Positions 1 through 7,738 of a stretch of DNA of 34,544 nucleotides are shown piece after piece (the first letter of the stretch is position 1; every line of letters starts with the position of its first letter). This DNA is from an uncultured Planctomycetales bacterium. Its GTDB lineage: Bacteria; 4484-113; JAFGCY01. The translations under genes and the position numbers were made by a program. Location: assembly GCA_964465955.1 (NCBI GenBank), contig CAYXMN010000002.1, positions 1 through 34,544 on the forward strand, given 5' to 3'. The notes below the pieces were generated by a model, which had not been told where the DNA came from, searched no databases, and was given only the letters and a program-made list of their open reading frames with translations.

Positions 1-1427
1 AACAGCTCGACCTTCGCCACCGAGTTCGCGACGCCAAACAGCACGTAAGCTGCGTATTTACCGCTGCGGTCCGGATCCGGGGCAATCTCCACGTTTGAAG
101 CGCCAGCCAGCAAGTCTGCGCCGACGGACAGGTCGAACGGCGCTGGATACGGGCCGGGATTGAGCGACCAAGTAGCGGCGTCGAGCACGTACAGCTCGTC
201 GGTGTTGAAACTGAGGGCGAGCGCGTATTTGCCGTCGGGCGTGAAGGCGATATCGCTGGTGAAGGAGAATGACTCCGACAACACGATGGGGGCGTCGGCT
301 CCGCGGACGGCGGTTAAATCACGCAGATCCACCGCGTACAGCTGGGCTTCCAGCGAGCTGCAAATCAGTGCGTGATTGCCGTCGGGAGTCAGGGCGATCC
401 GGCCCGCGCCGACCAAGCCAAGCTCAAGTTGCCGCGGCTGGCTCGCGTCACCGCTCTGCCAGATGCGTTCGAGGTAGCTCGCGCTCTCCGCGTGCGGCTT
501 GTAATACTCATCGAACTGGATCGAACCACTTGTAACCACATACAGGCTGTTATGGCTGGGGTCGTAAGCGCCGAACTGCGGATTGAGGCCATAGGTGGGC
601 AGCTCGCCGTAGGAGCCGGTGGTTGTCTGAACCACTCCCACTATCCCCGGCGCATAAGTCGTGGGGGCGAAAGTGGCGATTTCGTTAAGGGGAATGTAAA
701 CCTTGCTGTCGAACACAACCGGCTTGCTCGGACCAATGAACGCAACGCCTGCGCCTTCCAGCAAATAATCCTGGCCAGCCAAGGGGGCCAGATTCCCGGC
801 CTCGAAACCTTGAACATGATTGCTGCCATTACTGACGACCCACAGTTTGTTATCGTCCAAGGCCAGGTAGCTGGGGCTGGCGCCGGCGGCGAAACTCGCG
901 GTGGCCAGCACGTTGCCGTCCAAGCTGTAGCGCACGGCGGTGTTATCCATGCTGTTCGCGACGAATAAGGAGTCGACGTCATCGACCTTGCCATAGGCCA
1001 TGTCATTCGGTCCGGCCCCGGTCGCGAATAACGGATTCGTGATGTGGTTCGCTGGGCTGTCCACGATGCAAGTGCTGCTCGCGGCGGCACCGTCTTTGGT
1101 ATAGGTGACCACCACTTGCTGGGCAGCGGGGGATAACACCGCGTCGAAGGCGAAACTGCCATCCAGCGCGGCGCTGCTTGATCCGGTCGCGCCGGCCGTG
1201 GCGGTCACGATGGTGCCGCCGTCGGCGCTGCCCGCCCCTGCGGCTATCCGCACTGCGGCTGTGCCATGAGCCACCGCGAAAACTTGAGCGGCCTCCGGCG
1301 GGCCGAGGGGCGCGTTGCCGCTGGTACCGCAGGCGGTTAAGGTAATTGAGGCAAGGAGGCAAACTGCGCCCCATGCCGAGTAAGCAGCGGCGCGCGATTT
1401 TACGCGCAGCGTTGTGTTAGCTGCCAT
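1..1427 (-). CDS. beta-propeller-repeat lipoprotein (N-terminus complete, C-terminal end beyond window edge)
   Basis: Frame is open from ATG (complement of 1425-1427) to position 1. It is absent from the ORF track because there is no stop in the window. N-terminus MAANTTLRVKSRAAAYSAWGAVCLLASITLTAC is a signal peptide plus lipobox. Repeated blades such as LTPDGNHALICSSLEAQLYAVDL and FTPDGKYALALSFNTDELYVLD resemble YVTN/lactonase-type beta-propellers. GC3 is high. GGAG lies upstream of the ATG. Confidence 0.6.
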   Translation of the reverse strand, partial: MAANTTLRVKSRAAAYSAWGAVCLLASITLTACGTSGNAPLGPPEAAQVFAVAHGTAAVRIAAGAGSADGGTIVTATAGATGSSSAALDGSFAFDAVLSPAAQQVVVTYTKDGAAASSTCIVDSPANHITNPLFATGAGPNDMAYGKVDDVDSLFVANSMDNTAVRYSLDGNVLATASFAAGASPSYLALDDNKLWVVSNGSNHVQGFEAGNLAPLAGQDYLLEGAGVAFIGPSKPVVFDSKVYIPLNEIATFAPTTYAPGIVGVVQTTTGSYGELPTYGLNPQFGAYDPSHNSLYVVTSGSIQFDEYYKPHAESASYLERIWQSGDASQPRQLELGLVGAGRIALTPDGNHALICSSLEAQLYAVDLRDLTAVRGADAPIVLSESFSFTSDIAFTPDGKYALALSFNTDELYVLDAATWSLNPGPYPAPFDLSVGADLLAGASNVEIAPDPDRSGKYAAYVLFGVANSVAKVEL

Positions 1428-1437
1428 CGCTCAACTC

Positions 1438-1630
1438 CAGAAGCTAAGATTGCCGGCCGGTCTCCTGGCTCAGCGTCAACGGGCCGCCCCGCCTTCCCAG
1501 GCGTACGTTCGCCCAGTGGCATCGTGGGGAGCTCTCAGCTTTACAGTGGCTGGTACCGCGGCGGGTTCGCACCGCCTTCCCAAATCCGGCAGCGCTAGTG
1601 TACCATGTGCTTATCCTGGCTCGGCCCCCG
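1438..1630 (-). promoter_or_regulatory. cobalamin (B12) riboswitch in the leader of the 1..1427 lipoprotein gene
   Basis: On the minus strand, GGGAAGGCGGTGCGAACCCGCCGCGGTACCAGCCACTGTAA (complement of 1541-1581) matches the conserved cobalamin-riboswitch core (GGGAA..GGTG.GAA.CC...GC.G..CC.GCCACTG). AGCCAGGAGACCGGCC (complement of 1455-1470) matches the B12 box. It ends about 15 nt before the GGAG/ATG of the downstream gene. Confidence 0.8.
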
Positions 1631-1923
1631 CTGGAGCCAGCTGGCGCAACTTGAAAACTAGACTAATGTAGGGTATACGTATATGTAGGTGAACCAAACG
1701 CTAAGTGAGACGGGTGTCTAATTTCGAATTGATTTTTTGAGAGGCCTAGAGCGTTGGGTTGAGTCTGTTTCATGCTTGTCCCGCCATGGGGCGGTGCGTG
1801 GCAAGTTATCCGCGCGTTGTCCGCTGCTGGCGTTAAGCTGGCACGGCGTTGGTGTGGAGCGGGCGAAATTGGTTGGTTTTTCATGAGTGCTTTACACAAA
1901 GTTTGGCGAGTTGTACACAGGGC

Positions 1924-1932
1924 TTATCCACA
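1924..1932 (+). promoter_or_regulatory. perfect DnaA box TTATCCACA upstream of the dnaB promoter
   Basis: Exact 9-mer consensus about 20 nt upstream of the putative -35. A weaker relative, TTATCCGCG, lies near 1806. A single perfect box could be chance. Confidence 0.3.
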
Positions 1933-1952
1933 GGTGTTAATAGGAGCCCGCA

Positions 1953-1981
1953 TTGAATCTAGCTTCCTGGCGTGTTATCAT
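1953..1981 (+). promoter_or_regulatory. sigma70-like promoter (TTGAAT-N17-TATCAT) for dnaB
   Basis: Hexamers at 1953-1958 and 1976-1981 with a 17-nt spacer. This would give a leader of about 210 nt before dnaB. Confidence 0.3.
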
Positions 1982-2200
1982 CGCTGCCGGAAAACGAACC
2001 AGCTGCAGGGGAGCTTGAGCGGCTGGGAGGGTAGGCCGGAACACCAAAGAGAGAGTGTGCCGGTGCTGGGTTTGGAAGCAGCTTTACTTTATCTAGGCAG
2101 GGTGAATCGTGGTAAGCGTTAGAGGGATGCATTGTGGCCATTACCTGTCGCCGGTGCGCGGAGGGTGGCCGGCAGGTCAACGACCAGGAGGGTTGAACTA

Positions 2201-3640
2201 ATGGCGGTGCCGCGTGAAGTGCGGCCGGTGTTGGAGCGAACACCGCCGCAAAATGTGGAGCTGGAGCAGTGCGTGCTGGGCGCCGTGATGATCGAACCCA
2301 AGGACGCCTTCCCCGCTGTTAGCGATGTGCTGTCGCCGGACAGCTTCTACCTGGATGGGCATGGGCTCATCTTTGAACTGATGGGCGAGCTGTATTACCG
2401 CGGCATCCCGCCGGACAGCATTGCCGTGCTGGATGAGCTGCGCAGCCGCGGGCAGTTGGAGCGCGTCGGCGGCTCGGCTTACGTGATGGCGCTGCTCAAC
2501 CAGGTCGCCACCGCGGCGAACGTGGAATATCACGCCAAGAAGGTGGCGGAAAAGGCGCATTTGCGCAGCCTGATCCGCGCCTGCACGCAGACGATTGAGG
2601 AATGCTACCGCCAGGAATTGCCGCTGGAGCAAGTGCTGGACCAGGCGGAAAGCAGTATCCTGCAGCTCTCCACGCATTCGGCGGGCCGCGAGTTCATGCC
2701 GATCGCGGATGTGCTGCAGGGCTACTGGGAGAAGCTTGACGAGCGCGATCAGCAACTGCGTGAACGGCGCCTGGCCGGCGAGGCTAATCCGCGTATCGCC
2801 AGCGGCCTGCCCACCGGCTTCACCGACCTCGACATCATGACCGGCGGCCTGCGCGCCAGCGAACTGACCATCATCGCCGCGCGGCCCAGCATGGGCAAAA
2901 CCGCGCTGGCGCTGAACATGATGCACAACGTGGCGGTGAAACACCGCATCCCCTGCGCGCTGTTCAGCCTGGAAATGGGGGCACAGCAGCTCGCCGAACG
3001 CATGCTGTGCATGGGGACCAAGTCTTGGGACAACCAGCGGCTGATGGGCGTTTCGTCCAACCGCCTGCAAAACCCGGACCTGTCCGACCGCGAATGGAAC
3101 TTGCTCACGCAATCGTATGAGAACCTGGTGCAAGCCCCGATCTATATTGACGACTCCAGCCTGCTGTCCGCGCAGATGCTTAAAAGCAAGGCGCGCCGCA
3201 TGTACTCGCACCACAAAGTGCAGCTCATCATCGTGGACTACCTGCAACTGATGAGCGGCGGCAACAGCGAGAACCGCGTGCAGGAAGTCAGCGAGATCAG
3301 CCGCGGCCTGAAGCAGATCTCGCGCGAGCTGAAGATTCCGGTCGTCGCCCTCAGCCAGCTCAGCCGCCAGGTGGAGAGCCGCCAGAGCAAGAAGCCGCAG
3401 TTGTCCGACCTGCGCGAGAGCGGCGCTATTGAACAAGACGCCGACGTGGTGATGTTCATCCACCGCCCGGACTACTACGAGGACAAACAGCCGGTGCGCC
3501 AGTCGGACGGCAGCTACGATCAATACACCCTGCCGGAGGCCCAGCTGATCGTGGCCAAGAACCGCAACGGCCCGACCGGCACGGCGGAGATGTACTTCTA
3601 TCCTGAGATCACGCGGTTCCTCGACAAGGCTGGCCGCTAA
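2201..3640 (+). CDS. dnaB: replicative DNA helicase DnaB
   Basis: PPQNVELEQCVLGAVM N-terminal domain, Walker A (ARPSMGKTALALN), IIVDYLQLM and SQLSR motifs. AGGAGGG lies upstream of ATG 2201. The track's 2132 start adds an implausible Arg-rich extension. Confidence 0.95.
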   Translation: MAVPREVRPVLERTPPQNVELEQCVLGAVMIEPKDAFPAVSDVLSPDSFYLDGHGLIFELMGELYYRGIPPDSIAVLDELRSRGQLERVGGSAYVMALLNQVATAANVEYHAKKVAEKAHLRSLIRACTQTIEECYRQELPLEQVLDQAESSILQLSTHSAGREFMPIADVLQGYWEKLDERDQQLRERRLAGEANPRIASGLPTGFTDLDIMTGGLRASELTIIAARPSMGKTALALNMMHNVAVKHRIPCALFSLEMGAQQLAERMLCMGTKSWDNQRLMGVSSNRLQNPDLSDREWNLLTQSYENLVQAPIYIDDSSLLSAQMLKSKARRMYSHHKVQLIIVDYLQLMSGGNSENRVQEVSEISRGLKQISRELKIPVVALSQLSRQVESRQSKKPQLSDLRESGAIEQDADVVMFIHRPDYYEDKQPVRQSDGSYDQYTLPEAQLIVAKNRNGPTGTAEMYFYPEITRFLDKAGR

Positions 3641-3672
3641 GCCGGCCCGGGGGACCGGCCTGGGAGGCAATC

Positions 3673-5040
3673 ATGGCAAACCCGCGCCGGATCATGGTGG
3701 TGGGCAACGGCGGGCGCGAGTGCGCGCTGGCGTCGGCGATCCTGCACAGCGCGGAGGTGGAGCGGTTGTACATCACGCCGCCGAACTGGGGCGTGGTGGA
3801 TCCGCAGGGCGGTGCGCGCGTGCGCGTGCTGAGCCTTAAGCCGGAGGACGCGCCTGGCATCGTCGCCGCGGCGCAAACCGAGAGGGTTGAGCTGGTGGTG
3901 ATCGGCCCGGAAGCGCCGCTAGTGGCCGGGCTGGCGGACGCGCTGCGGGCGGCGGGGATCCCGGCGCTGGGTCCTGGCGCGGCTGCGGCGCGGCTCGAGG
4001 GCAGCAAGGAGTTCGCCAAGGACTTCATGCAGCGCCATGGCATACCCACGGCGGATTACCAGGCCTTCACCAGCATCGACGCGCTGATGAGTTACCTCGC
4101 CGTGCTCGACGGGCCGTGCGTGCTGAAAGCTGACGGCCTGGCGGCGGGCAAGGGCGTCATCGTCTGCGAGTCGCGCAGTGATGCTGAGGTGGCGGCGCAA
4201 CGCATGCTCGTTAAGCGCGAGTTCGGCGAGGCCGGGGCGCGCGTCGTGGTGGAGCAGCTGCTCACCGGCCCGGAACTGAGCTTCACCTGCCTGGTGGCCG
4301 GCGGCCAGGCGCAGTTGCTCGGCGTCAGCACGGATTACAAGCGCTTGCTTGACGGGCAGCAGGGGCCGAACACCGGCGGCATGGGCAACATCTGCCCCAC
4401 GCCGTACGCAACCGCGGAGGTGCTCGCCGAGTTTACCGCGCGCATCCTCGACCCCGTGCTGGCCGGGCTCCACGCGGATGGGCTCGATTACCGCGGCTTC
4501 CTGTTCATCGGCGCGATGCTGACCAGCGCCGGGTTGAAGGTGCTGGAGTTCAACGTGCGCCTGGGCGATCCGGAAGCGCAGGTCGTGCTGCCGCTGCTGG
4601 AGGCGGATTGGCCGGCGGTGTTTGGGGCCGCGGCGGACGGGCGGCTGGCCCCCGAGGCGGTGCGGGTCCGGCCCGGCGCCTGCGTGGCGGTCGTCTTGGC
4701 CGGCGCGAGCTATCCCGCTGGCAAAAGCGAACCGGCGGAGATCGCTGGATTCGCGCGCGTGCGGGCCCGCGGTTTGCTGGATGGGGCTGATCCCGATGTG
4801 CGGCTGTACTTCGCCGGGGTGGACCGCGTGACGGGAGCCGGCGCGGCTGCCGGCGCCACAGGGCCGTATGCCACTTACTTCACAGATGATGAAGCGCAAT
4901 TCCTGGCTGCCGGCGGGCGCGTCCTGGCGGTCAGCGCACGCGGTGAGGACCTATCCAGCGCGCGGCGGTTGGCGTATGAGGTGGTGGGAAATCTAAGCTT
5001 CGCCGGGATGCAGTTCCGCAGCGATATCGGCAAGCGTTGA
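3673..5040 (+). CDS. purD: phosphoribosylamine--glycine ligase PurD
   Basis: MVVGNGGRECALA N-terminus, ATP-grasp core (VLKADGLAAGKGV, LEFNVRLGDPE), and GGRVLAVSA in the C-domain. GGGAGG RBS is present. Confidence 0.95.
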   Translation: MANPRRIMVVGNGGRECALASAILHSAEVERLYITPPNWGVVDPQGGARVRVLSLKPEDAPGIVAAAQTERVELVVIGPEAPLVAGLADALRAAGIPALGPGAAAARLEGSKEFAKDFMQRHGIPTADYQAFTSIDALMSYLAVLDGPCVLKADGLAAGKGVIVCESRSDAEVAAQRMLVKREFGEAGARVVVEQLLTGPELSFTCLVAGGQAQLLGVSTDYKRLLDGQQGPNTGGMGNICPTPYATAEVLAEFTARILDPVLAGLHADGLDYRGFLFIGAMLTSAGLKVLEFNVRLGDPEAQVVLPLLEADWPAVFGAAADGRLAPEAVRVRPGACVAVVLAGASYPAGKSEPAEIAGFARVRARGLLDGADPDVRLYFAGVDRVTGAGAAAGATGPYATYFTDDEAQFLAAGGRVLAVSARGEDLSSARRLAYEVVGNLSFAGMQFRSDIGKR

Positions 5041-5136
5041 GCGGTGAGGCTTGAGGTTTGGCGTCGTAATTAAGAGCGACTGGTTCAGTAAAGGAAAGAC
5101 CAATGGCAGGCAGGCGAATGCATGACGAAATCCGTG

Positions 5137-5160
5137 AAAAAAAGCCCCCCGTGGGGGGGC
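5137..5160 (-). terminator. strong intrinsic terminator oriented for the minus strand (orphan)
   Basis: Minus-strand sequence is GCCCCCC-cac-GGGGGGC followed by TTTTTTT. No annotated minus-strand gene lies upstream of it. Confidence 0.6.
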
Positions 5161-5470
5161 ATCTAGGGATGGGTAGGAGGATAATCAGTTTTTACCTGGA
5201 GGAGGGGCTGGGGCTGTTTTCTACTTCTACATTTCCTCCAGGACGTATATATATTTCCTTAGAAGTTTCAAGAAAGTTTCAACTTAGCCTGAAGAATATT
5301 CCAATGCGCTAGGTTTGAGCAAAGTTTTACCTGTGCGACCTTGGATTGCCTTATGGCATATATCCAGTTGAATGCCGGCGCATTGCTGCTAGCGTTAGTC
5401 CCAGTCAAGGTTCGCGGAGATAAGCTAGAGTTTGGATCCAACATATTGTTGTTTCCATCCGCGCAAAAAA

Positions 5471-5647
5471 GAGGCGGGCTTGAGCGACGAGGACTGCCCG
5501 GCGTCGAAAGACCGGTTGTTCGGCGAAGGCTGCAGCGCGGCCATAGGCGGCGAGGTCAGCCTGGATGTGCTGGCCGAGGGCTTCGAGAACAAGGACGCCA
5601 GCCCGGACGGAAGTGCGGGGGAAGGCGGAGCCGCAGGCGGCCAATAG
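5471..5647 (+). pseudogene. GC3-rich coding remnant (about 58 C-terminal codons of an unidentified gene)
   Basis: This frame (..EAGLSDEDCPASKDRLFGEGCSAAIGGEVSLDVLAEGFENKDASPDGSAGEGGAAGGQ*) has the strong G/C third-position bias of native genes. It is embedded in AT-rich DNA and lacks a credible start or RBS. Confidence 0.25.
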
Positions 5648-5656
5648 CCAACAGCT

Positions 5657-5664
5657 TGTATAAT
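5657..5664 (+). promoter_or_regulatory. extended -10 element TGTATAAT upstream of mrr
   Basis: TGnTATAAT-type element 27 nt upstream of the mrr ATG. Confidence 0.4.
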
Positions 5665-5690
5665 ACGGGTAACCATGTTGGGGGCTGTGA

Positions 5691-6596
5691 ATGGCGATAC
5701 CCGGTTACCAAAGCATCATGTTACCTTTGTTGCGCTTAACCGGCGACGGTGTGACCCGGCAGCTGCGTGATGCAATCGAACAACTCGCCAAAGAATTTGG
5801 ACTGACTGAAGAGGAACGCGGGGAGTTGCTACCCAGCGGACATCAAAGCACATTCGATAACCGCGTGGGCTGGGCCAGGACATATCTAAAGAAAGCTGGT
5901 TTGGTTGAGATGCCGAAGCGTGGGTACATCCAGATCACCCTGCGAGGCAAGACTACTCTTGATGAGAAACCAACAGAGATCAATGAAAAATACCTTCGGC
6001 AGTTTCCGGAGTTTGTTGACTTCAAGACTAGCAAACGTACAGTTGATGAGGAAACAGATTGCACTTTGTCGACCCAAAAGCAAACTCCTGAAGAACAGCT
6101 TGAGCTAGCACACCAAGTCCTGCGTGCTGAGTTGATCGATGAGCTGACCGCCGCGATCAAAGCCTGCTCCCCCAAGTTTTTCGAGCAACTTGTAGTTGAC
6201 TTGCTAGTAAAAATGGGTTACGGCGGATCACTGCGCGAGGCAGGCCAGGCCATTGGCAGATCTGGTGACGAAGGCATTGATGGCATCATTAAGGAAGACC
6301 GGCTGGGTCTCGATATCATCTATCTGCAAGCTAAGCGTTGGGAGAACGTTATCGGTAGGCCGGAGATTCAGAAATTCGCCGGGGCGCTGCAAGGCCAGCG
6401 TGCGCGCAAGGGAGTTTTCATAACAACATCCTCGTTCACAAGAGAAGCTAGGGAGTATGTTTCACTGATCGAGACAAAGATCATCTTGATCGATGGCAGC
6501 GATCTCGCTGAATACATGATCGATAACGGCGTGGGTGTGACCACCCACAGAGTATTTGAAGTGAAACTGATTGATAACGACTATTTTGAGGAGTAA
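5691..6596 (+). CDS. mrr: Mrr-family type IV (modification-dependent) restriction endonuclease
   Basis: N-terminal winged-helix Mrr_N-like region (MLPLLRL..GWARTYLKKAGL) plus the Mrr catalytic core (GDEGIDGII...LQAKRW...GVFITTSSFT). Confidence 0.9.
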   Translation: MAIPGYQSIMLPLLRLTGDGVTRQLRDAIEQLAKEFGLTEEERGELLPSGHQSTFDNRVGWARTYLKKAGLVEMPKRGYIQITLRGKTTLDEKPTEINEKYLRQFPEFVDFKTSKRTVDEETDCTLSTQKQTPEEQLELAHQVLRAELIDELTAAIKACSPKFFEQLVVDLLVKMGYGGSLREAGQAIGRSGDEGIDGIIKEDRLGLDIIYLQAKRWENVIGRPEIQKFAGALQGQRARKGVFITTSSFTREAREYVSLIETKIILIDGSDLAEYMIDNGVGVTTHRVFEVKLIDNDYFEE

Positions 6597-6610
6597 CTCT
6601 AGCTAGGGGA

Positions 6611-7579
6611 ATGATCATGAAGCAGTGGGTTGTCTTGGTGCTCGCTAGCCTATTTCTGCTGCTTGCGCTGCCTGCATTCGCCTATGTCCCGCATACCGGC
6701 GACCGCGCCGCACCGCTGAGCGGCCGCGACCTCAAGACCGACAGCGAGCTGAGCCTGGAAGACCTGCGCGGCAAGTGGGTGCTGTTGGACTTCTGGCATA
6801 TGTACTGCCCGTCCTGCCTGCGCGATCTGCCCGGTGTCTGCACGGCAGCCAAGCCGTACATGGCGGCAGGCGCGCTTGACGTTGTCCTGGTCAGCCTCGA
6901 TCAACCTGAGACAGCGGCAGCGATGAAGGAGTTCGTGGCCAGCCTGCCAATCGAACCGCATGTGATCTACTCAGGCGGCGGCCCGCTGCCCATCGGCCCG
7001 CCTGTGCTAGTCGCACCCGACTGGGACTCCTATGCGCCACAAGCCACGGAATGGGGCGTCTCCGGTGTTCCGGCATCATACCTGATCACACCAGACGGCA
7101 CCATCGCCGCCAAGCGCATCCGCCGGGATAACGTGGATGACTTGCTAGATTATTTCCTCGGACGAGGCGCGGCTTACGCGCCAATCGCGCTCCGCACGAG
7201 CGTTAGTTACAGCGATGACGCGCAAGTCAATGTCATGATCGAAGCAGCCAGCGCCAGCCACGCCCCGTTGCAAGCGCGGATCACCTATCGCCTGGAACGT
7301 GTGGCGTATAAAGAATACGAGGGCTGCCTGATCCAGGATCGCGGCACTAGAGAATATACAGACTGGGTCACGAGCGAGCTGTGCCTCATGTTCAGCGAGT
7401 TCAGCGACGCGGTGCAGCCGTGCTTGATTGATGCCAGCGGCTACCAAGGCCTGCAATACCGCGTTGAGGTGCTGCTGCCAGGCAGCGGGCGCTATAAGGA
7501 TGGTGCGGGCTTGTGGCTACGGCAATACGGGGACCTGGACTTTGCACTAGACTGGCTGGGCGGCGAGTCCGCGAATTAG
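6611..7579 (+). CDS. secreted TlpA/redoxin-family thiol-disulfide oxidoreductase with an unknown C-terminal domain of about 170 aa
   Basis: Signal peptide (LLLALPAFA). Thioredoxin-fold motif KWVLLDFWHMYCPSCLRDLP. GVPASYLITPDGTI cis-Pro loop region. Confidence 0.8.
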   Translation: MIMKQWVVLVLASLFLLLALPAFAYVPHTGDRAAPLSGRDLKTDSELSLEDLRGKWVLLDFWHMYCPSCLRDLPGVCTAAKPYMAAGALDVVLVSLDQPETAAAMKEFVASLPIEPHVIYSGGGPLPIGPPVLVAPDWDSYAPQATEWGVSGVPASYLITPDGTIAAKRIRRDNVDDLLDYFLGRGAAYAPIALRTSVSYSDDAQVNVMIEAASASHAPLQARITYRLERVAYKEYEGCLIQDRGTREYTDWVTSELCLMFSEFSDAVQPCLIDASGYQGLQYRVEVLLPGSGRYKDGAGLWLRQYGDLDFALDWLGGESAN

Positions 7580-7680
7580 CCGCGGGGGCGCCAGCGCCAC
7601 CACTCGCCGCAGCGTAAGCTAGCAGTTGCGCTTGCTGCGGAAATAGTCATGGGCAGCATCATCCTCGCGGATTCCCGCAG

Positions 7681-7716
7681 AAAAAAGGGGCGAAGCATTA
7701 GCTCCGCCCCTGAGTT
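7681..7716 (-). terminator. intrinsic terminator after the aldehyde dehydrogenase gene (possibly bidirectional)
   Basis: Hairpin GGGGCGAAGC-ATTA-GCTCCGCCCC (7687-7710). It is flanked by A6 on the plus strand, which is a U-run for the minus transcript, and by GAGTTTTCT on the other side. Confidence 0.6.
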
Positions 7717-7738
7717 TTCTCCAGTTATGCCCGCGGCT

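Larger units (their letters stand above)
5041..6600. other. AT-richer patch (putative horizontally acquired islet) carrying mrr
   Basis: There is a visible compositional drop relative to purD and the downstream genes. The 5' 650 bp has no convincing ORF. No integrase or flanking direct repeats are seen. Confidence 0.45.

Noticed and set aside
2060-2115. GUGUGCCGG...GGAAGCAGC in the dnaB leader, and GGAAGCAGCC at 9549, reminiscent of the SRP (4.5S) RNA helix 8.
   Set aside because: The order and spacing of the motifs are wrong, and the GGAA tetraloop/AGCA symmetric-loop context is missing.
2198-3670. 490-aa ORF antisense to dnaB. Similar long antisense or out-of-frame ORFs occur at 3919..4899, 8447..9349, 9784..10581, 15435..16217, 15575..16318, 18267..19031, 19047..19712, 22996..23850, 29589..30296 and 32027..32494.
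   Set aside because: They overlap genes with unmistakable homology on the other strand or frame. They have Arg/Ala/Gly/His-rich nonsense composition and are the expected stop-poor shadow frames of high-GC DNA.
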